This document shows positions 55,626 to 64,000 of a stretch of 64,000 nt of DNA, in pieces. Location: positions 1,054,001-1,118,000 of the forward strand of contig OZ024756.1 of NCBI GenBank assembly GCA_964016885.1. Direction: 5' to 3'. The DNA comes from Eledone cirrhosa. Its lineage: Eukaryota. The notes beneath the pieces are model-generated. The model was given only the letters and a program-made list of their open reading frames with translations, had not been told where the DNA came from and ran no database searches. Numbering within the stretch: position 1 is the first letter of the stretch; every line of letters starts with the position of its first letter. A program made the translations under genes and the position numbers.

Positions 55626-56947
55626 GTATATATATATATACATATATATATATGTATCTATCTATCTATCTCTCTCTCTCTCTATATATATATATGTCGA
55701 CCCCACACACAGGATTTGCCACCCTGTAGCTGCTCATACGATAAAGGTAACATCCCTTTGAAAAGTATTGAAAGTTTCCAAGAAATTGTGTGGCGTTTAT
55801 ATAGGGGACTCGTTGCACATACATACATACTACACACACACTCATATATATATATATATACAAATACACGCATATACATACAGACACACATACATACACA
55901 TACATACACACACATACATACAAGCACACACACATACACTCACACATACATATACACACACAAACACACACACATATACACACACACATACATATACACA
56001 CACATAAATGTAAACTATAATAAAGTAAGGAGTGCTGGACTGTGTCCAGAATATATTTTTTACCCCATTAGTAAAATAAGTTGGATTACTTTGAATAAAT
56101 AATGAATGAATATTAAATAATTTATCTACTAAATTTCGTTATTCTTGATTAAATATAAATAATTTTGTCGCTTATTTTAAGATTCACAAATGTCAACACT
56201 TCCGGTTAGCGATCGCTTAAATAAACATTCATATATTTCCGTCACTAACTTTTTCCTAATGCAGTTTATATATAATATGGTCTTTTTTAATGTCTCATGG
56301 ATTACTTTACTGATTACATAAGACAGTGTAACGCAGTCTTCGTTCAATTTCTGTGTATATTGTCAATTACTGTTTTATTTGATGTATCATATCTACATGT
56401 ATATATACTTGTGTATAATATCAATATACACACTACACATGTATCATATCTACATGTATATATACTTGTGTATAATATCAATATACACACTACACATGCT
56501 AGCAGAAAACGACCGTTCGGGTGGTTTTCTGCTAGTGTAAATAATGATCGAAACCGAATTGCAAGCATTATAAGTTCTGAGTTCAAATCGCGCGGAGGTT
56601 AACTTTGCCTTTCATCCTTACGGGGTCGATAAAATAAAGTACCAGTAATGTACTGGGTATGTGTGTAGAAATCTGTAGATGAAAGATCAAGGAAAACATT
56701 GTTCAATCCATTGAAAGAGAGCTTATATAGTATAAACATAGTTTCATAAACATAACATGTATGTACTACCACTGGTTTCAGGTTCCAGTCATGACCACCA
56801 CTGTATATTGGAGATGGAACTTTTAAAACATATGTCTGTACACGTGCCTGAATGAAGGGCCAGTTGAAAGTTCCTCCTCCAATATACCAGAACTGGGCCC
56901 CGAAACCAATGGTAGCAATTCATATCAAGTGTATGAAACTTTGTTTA

Positions 56948-57018
<71 letters not shown>

Positions 57019-57045
57019 ATGTAATAAACAACATAAGATAATTAT

Positions 57046-57106
57046 TTCATTTACCAGTGGTTTCTTGAAGGCAGATATTATATCTGTCTTCAGTCGTCAG
57101 AATGAA
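57046..57106 (-). ncRNA. Hammerhead motif family C (covaried stem II)
   Basis: ttcatt-CTGACGA-ctgaagacagata taa tatctgccttcaa-GAAA-ccactgg-TA-aatgaa. Confidence 0.82.
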
Positions 57107-57222
57107 TAAATAACATGGTGTATTTATTAATAATTATCTTATGTTGTTTATTACATAACTAATAAGCTCTGTAGCCTACATAGAGCACTCTTTTTTCCTG
57201 TAACGTTCCGACGGGATTACTT

Positions 57223-57285
<63 letters not shown>

Positions 57286-57287
<2 letters not shown>

Positions 57288-57647
57288 GATATTAATAAAT
57301 GGAAACTATATTTATAAAACCATATTTATTTCATTATACATTTTTCCGGGATACCAAATTAAAATATGGTATGCCTTCATCAGACAAAATACAATATATA
57401 AACAGTTTTATAAATAATTTTGACGTACCCTATTAAATGCAACCATTATTTTTGGAAGCTGTCTATCCAAACAGCTTCCAAAAATAATGATTGCATTTAA
57501 TAGGGTACGTCAAAATTATTTATAAAACTGTTTATATATTGTATTTTGTCTGATGAAGGCATACCATATTTTAATTTGGTATCCCTGAAATATGTATAAT
57601 GAAATAAATATGGTTTTATAAATATAGTTTCCATTTATTAATATCGT
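57286..57647. repeat. 360-bp fold-back with mirror family-F HHR motifs (57328-57390 minus; 57543-57605 plus)
   Basis: Arms are reverse-complementary around ggaagctgt ctatccaa acagcttcc. Confidence 0.9.
57543..57605 (+). ncRNA. Hammerhead motif family F
   Basis: attttgt-CTGATGA-aggcatacca tattttaatt tggtatccct-GAAA-tatgta-TA-atgaaat. Confidence 0.75.
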
Positions 57648-57733
57648 ATATCTACTCCAAAAACTTGTCGAGTGCTTTATATCAGTTATAAAATATTTAC
57701 TTGTTGTATCCCAACAATTTTAAATAGAACTTT

Positions 57734-58375
<642 letters not shown>

Positions 58376-58376
<1 letters not shown>

Positions 58377-59258
58377 CAAGAGATGGCAAAATGAATGGAC
58401 CTGTTATTTTTATCTAAATACATTTTTTACAAGGACTAGCGTCCGATACTTCACACTAAGAGTTTTCTCCTTCAAAGTAATGCAGTTTTCCATCCTTTTT
58501 TGCCACGCTTGCATGCACTCCTAGAAGGATTATTCCGGGATCCTCCGCAGTTCCGTCGTCACATACATTTTCATGTCGTCCACGTCTTCAAAACGGGTCC
58601 CCTCCGGGTCGTACTCGAAGATCCATGACTCGTCACCAGTGATGACTGTCCCTAGCAAGTCTGGTTCGGTTTCAAGACGCTCGAGGATGTCCTGGCACAC
58701 TTGCATGCCTGGACCCTTCTGATCATCGTTCAGCAGTTTTGGCACCATCTTCGCGCAGATTTTCCGCATGTCCAAATCTTCAGTGAGAATCTTCCACATG
58801 CTGTCCCGATTCATGCCCAGCTCATTTGCCATAAGTCGAACAGTCACCCGACGATCGCTACGCACTAGCTGCCTGACGTGCTCAACGTTGACCTCAGTCC
58901 TGGTTGTTGAGGGCCTTCCGCTCCTGGGGTCATGTTGCACGTCCTCGCGTCCTTCTTTAAACCTTTTGCACCACTCAAAAACACGTGAGCGTGACATCGT
59001 CTCATCTCCATACACTTGCTGCAGCAACCGTACCAGAAACTTCAAGTTTGTTCGTTGCTCTGTGCTCATCGCTTGACGACCTGAAACAGAGGACATGTAT
59101 ATAAAATTATGAAGAAAAAAGTTTGATCGCTGCAGAGAGCTAAGATTACAGTTGCATACTCCAGGGGATTACTTTGAAGGAGAAAACTCTTAGCGTGAAG
59201 TTTGGGTTTGAAATAAATCTTTTGTGACATCAGTTCTGGAACTTTTCTGACACACCTC

Positions 59259-59259
<1 letters not shown>
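58376..59259 (-). mobile_element. Internally deleted mariner transposon
   Basis: TA|CGAGGTGTGTCAGAAAAGTTCC terminus at 59259. The other TIR was not found. Confidence 0.85.
58530..59096 (-). pseudogene. Mariner transposase remnant
   Basis: HTH region (VFEWCKRFKEGRED..PRSGRP), KMVPKLL and ITGDESW.FEYDPE, then a jump to GTRFED. Most of the catalytic DD34D region is deleted. Confidence 0.88.
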
Positions 59260-59342
<83 letters not shown>

Positions 59343-59461
59343 GTTTGTAGTTATATATATGTATATATATATGTATATATATATATAAGAATATATATAT
59401 ATAACTATATATATATATATAAGTATATATATATATAAGTATATATATATATATACACACA

Positions 59462-59521
<60 letters not shown>

Positions 59522-59570
59522 TATATATATATATATACACACACATATATATATATACATATATATATAA

Positions 59571-59615
<45 letters not shown>

Positions 59616-60085
59616 TGTATATATAAGTATATGTATATATATATATACACACATATATATATAAGTATATATATATATATATATACTTATACATATATAT
59701 ATATATAAGTATATATATATATATACTTATATATATATATATACATATATATACTTATATATATATGTATATATATATATATGTATATATATAAGTATAT
59801 ATATATATATATATATATATACTTATATATATTTCTATATATATATATATATATACTTATATATATACTTATATATATACTTATATATACTTATATATAT
59901 ATACTTATATATATATACTTATATATACTTATATATACTTATATATACTTATATATACTTATATATATACTTATATATATACTTATATATATACTTATAT
60001 ATACTTATATATACTTATATATACTTATATATACTTATATATATACTTATATATATACTTATATATATATGTATATATATATATA

Positions 60086-60161
<76 letters not shown>

Positions 60162-60225
60162 CTTATATATATATATGTATATATATATATACTTATATAT
60201 ATATATGTATATATATATATATACT

Positions 60226-60257
<32 letters not shown>

Positions 60258-60259
60258 CT

Positions 60260-60295
<36 letters not shown>

Positions 60296-60425
60296 TACTT
60301 ATATATATATATGTATATATATATGTATATACTTATATATATATATATGTATATATATATATACTTATATATATATATATGTATATATATACTTATATAT
60401 ATATATGTATATATATATATATACT

Positions 60426-60458
<33 letters not shown>

Positions 60459-60503
60459 TTATATATATATATCTATATATATGTATATATATATATATAT
60501 ACT

Positions 60504-60535
<32 letters not shown>

Positions 60536-60539
60536 TACT

Positions 60540-60571
<32 letters not shown>

Positions 60572-60579
60572 TATATACT

Positions 60580-60610
<31 letters not shown>

Positions 60611-60754
60611 GTAAATATATATATACTTATATATATATATATATGTATATATATATACTTATATATATATACTTATATATATATATATACTTATATATAT
60701 ATATATACTTATATATATATATATATCTATACATATATATCTATATATATATAA

Positions 60755-60815
<61 letters not shown>

Positions 60816-60862
60816 TATATATATATATATACACACATATATATATATACATATATATATAA

Positions 60863-60908
<46 letters not shown>
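59260..60908. repeat. Long degenerate (TA)n tract
   Basis: Direct inspection. Confidence 0.95.
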
Positions 60909-60912
<4 letters not shown>

Positions 60913-60981
60913 CAATCATCACCACTGCCAACATCTCTGCCTACTACTACTACTACTACTACAACATTTTTGTCTACTGCT

Positions 60982-61586
60982 ATGTCAAGGAATTTACCTT
61001 CTAATACCAGAACAAGAACTCTCCCTCCCACAGTCCACAAAGGTCGTCAAATCCTACCCAAACCATCATCTACACCTCTCACAACACCCACACCCATATA
61101 CCCACCCACTCGAAACCCCATCATTTGCCGCTACTCTCTACGCTATAGAATATGTACGGATAGTGGCTGCAAATTCACCCATTTACCTAGGACAAAACGA
61201 TCTATCCCCACAAACAGCCACCACCATAATACATACTCTAATTTAACACCAACACAACCACCAATAACTCAAACAAGGAATCCACAAATCTGCCGTTTTC
61301 CCTGCGAGACAGATTGTGTTTAGACCGGGATTGTCCCTTTACCCATCTCCCGGGGACCCGTCGGATAAATGAAAATAAAATTAAAAATAAAAGCAAAAAC
61401 AAAAACCATAACCTACATAAAAATAACCACTACCACAGTCACCAACAGTCTTCTAAACAGGAAAATTCTTCCTCTTTTTTAGCCATAATGAATCTGGCAA
61501 AAGAACTGGAAAAAAACATTCGAGCTATCACCCAGCACCACCCTCCACTATCACCCCACTGCACAAACTCCCATTGCTGCCATTAA
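60982..61586 (+). pseudogene. ORF1-like region with two CCCH zinc fingers and one frameshift
   Basis: First finger [19 protein letters not shown]. Adding one T near 61297 restores [19 protein letters not shown]. Both are C-x8-C-x4-C-x3-H. Confidence 0.6.
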
Positions 61587-64000
61587 CAAACAAACAAATT
61601 AACAACACACCAAAACAATTAAAACCATCCACTCTCGCCTCTACATTTTTGCTTAACGCCCAAGGCATCAGCCCTTCCACCAATACTCAAAAATGGAAGA
61701 TCAAATTCCTGGAGGACTGGATTGATGTCCATCCAAACCACATCCCTTTCTTCGTCCTCACTGAAACCCATCTCAGTAACCTCCACTTGGAAGCCGAGGT
61801 GAAAGTGAAAAATTTCAAAGCCATCCGTGCTGATCGCGCTGGCAGAAGAAAGGGCGGAACTGCCATTTATGTCCATAATTCTTTCTCAACAGAGGCTATG
61901 AACATATTCACTAATGGATACTGTGAGGCAGTCACTGTATTCAGTCAAACCAACAACCTATTAGTAGTTGGGCTCTATAGGCCACCCCAAACGCCTGTAC
62001 CATGCTTCAAGGAATGCCTCAACAGCATAAAGTGTTTCATCCAAGAGTGTCACCTTGACAACATCTTAATGATGGGGGACTTCAACCTCCCCGGAGTTGA
62101 CTGGTCCACAAACACCCTGCCACCAGGTTCTTCTGCCTCAACCTCTGACAGGGAAGCTGTGGAATCGCTTCTTGACTTCATGGATGATTTCTTCCTATCC
62201 CAACTAGTGCTCGAACCAACGAGGTGCCACAAAAACGTCCTAGACTTAATTTTCAGCAATCACACTGACAATATCCACAATATTGCAGTGGAGAAAACTC
62301 TACTCTCTGATCATGACATGGTTCTCTGTGATCTGAGATTCCACCGTCCAATATACAAACCCAATGTCATTTCTCCTGTCCATCCGTTTGACGCTATGGA
62401 TTTCCACAATGCAAACTGGGAAGCGATCAGTCATGATCTTGCACATGTCGACTGGTCCTTCACGCACACTCATACACCCACTAACATCAAAAAGTCCTGG
62501 CAGACATTTGTGGACACTGTTACAAACATATGTGCTAAACACACCCCATTAAGAACTATAAACAAATCTAAGAGCAGAATCCCTAGAAATAGAAAAACGC
62601 TCATCAGAAAAATTAAGAGAACGAACAAAAAAATCAACAATCTGAAATACTGTCAGCAGCAACACATCAACTTGACTGCCATTTCATCACTAGAGATTAA
62701 AAAACATAACCTCCAAAACAACATAATGTCCCTCATCAACAATCAGAGAAGAGCTGAAGAGGCCTGGGCCATTGAGAAGATAAAACTCAATCCCAAAGTG
62801 TTCTTTTCATTTGCAAAAAAACACAAAATCACTGGCTCTACTGTTGGCCCTCTAATTGATGAAAATGGCACTCTTCAAGACAATGCTAAAACCATGGGTG
62901 AGATACTGCAGAAACAATACTGCTCTGTTTTCAGCAATCCTGATATGGCCGATCTGGGCTGTATCGGCGATGTTACTCCCCATTACACCTTATCGGACAT
63001 AACGTTTGGCGCCCCTGATGTCTTGGCGGCAATAAAGGAAATCAAGCATAATTCAGCAGTAGGTCCCGATAGGTTCCCTGCTTGTGTCTTGAGGGCGTGT
63101 CAACACCAACTTGCTTCTCCTCTTGCCAATCTGTGGCGGAACTCACTGGATGCTGGATATGTGCCAGAAAACCTTCTATCCCAGTCTGTTGTCCCAGTTT
63201 TCAAAAAGGGAAACAAATCCCTTGCCGTGAATTACCGTCCAATCTCACTCACCTCTCATATCATTAAGGTATTTGAGCGAGTGGTGAGATCGCGAATGAC
63301 CCACTTCCTTGAGAGTAACAATATGCTGAACTCCAACCAGCATGGATTCCGTAATGGAAGGGATTGCCTGACGCAACTACTGCATCACTTTGATGACATT
63401 TTGAGAGCCTTGGGAGAGGGTTCCAACACTGATGTTATCTACCTTGATTTCAGCAAGGCCTTTGACAGGGTTGATCATAACATTCTACTGAGAAAGCTGT
63501 CCAATATTGGTGTCACTGGAAAGCTGCTGCAGTGGATCAAGAGCTTCCTGTCAAACAGAACCCAACATGTTGTAGTTGAGGGAGTCAAATCAAGCCCAGC
63601 CAAAGTCAGTAGTGGAGTCCCACAAGGCACTGTGTTGGGCCCACTTCTCTTCATCATCTATATTAATGACATCACTGACATCATCAAACACAGCAACATT
63701 AAAATTTTCGCTGATGATTCCAAGCTCCAAAAGGTCATCAATGGCGTGGATGACCGGATAAGCCTTCAGTCAGACCTACTGGCTGTTACCCAATGGGCAG
63801 AAAAGAACAACATGTTACTGAACGAAGACAAATTCGAACTGATCCACTTTGGAAAAGAGGATGCTCTGAAACTCCCGTACTCCCTTCCCTCCGGGGAAAC
63901 TCTCGTGGCATCTAACAACATCAGAGACTTGGGAGTAACCGTGGACAGCAACATAAGCTGGACCACGCATATAAGCAGCAAAGTTGACATGGCCCGCAGA
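61457..64000 (+). CDS. CR1 ORF2: APE endonuclease + reverse transcriptase (3' partial, no upstream ATG)
   Basis: Frame opens at 61457: LLNAQG, LTETHL, RADR..KGG, YRPP, GDFN, DH; then NYRPISLTS, QHGF, YLDFSKAFDRV, SGVPQGTVLGP, FADDSK, RDLGV. I noticed no stop before the window end. Confidence 0.9.

Larger units (their letters stand above)
60909..64000 (+). mobile_element. CR1-clade LINE running off the window
   Basis: ORF1-like and ORF2 regions as listed below; the 5' end abuts (TA)n. Confidence 0.92.

Overview
AT-rich, repeat-saturated eukaryotic DNA. It is probably from an octopod cephalopod, inferred from the tRNA-derived SINE family and the very long (TA)n/(TACA)n/(CACT)n tracts. I found no credible host protein-coding exon, and nearly all ORFs in the track are microsatellite translations. 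Main elements: (1) an intact, very young Naiad-type Penelope-like element (PLE; 819-aa RT + GIY-YIG ORF at 16736-19195) with direct pseudo-LTRs and a 3.16-kb inverted, 5'-truncated twin; (2) a second, frameshifted PLE (5915-8255) with an inverted 3' copy; (3) a CR1-clade LINE (CCCH-finger ORF1, APE-RT ORF2 running off the window) plus deleted copies; (4) several RTE-type LINE fragments, some with 5' inversions; (5) an internally deleted mariner, SINEs and Helitron-like ends. The most striking signal is about 28 minimal type-I hammerhead ribozyme (HHR) motifs, which I group by eye into about 14 sequence families. Most sit in short non-coding islands between (TA)n tracts, often as fold-back pairs. 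They include covarying stems, U3-A8 and U4C core variants, a stem II of about 115 nt, and a 591-bp tandem retrozyme-like unit. All folds were read by eye; none is computed or tested.
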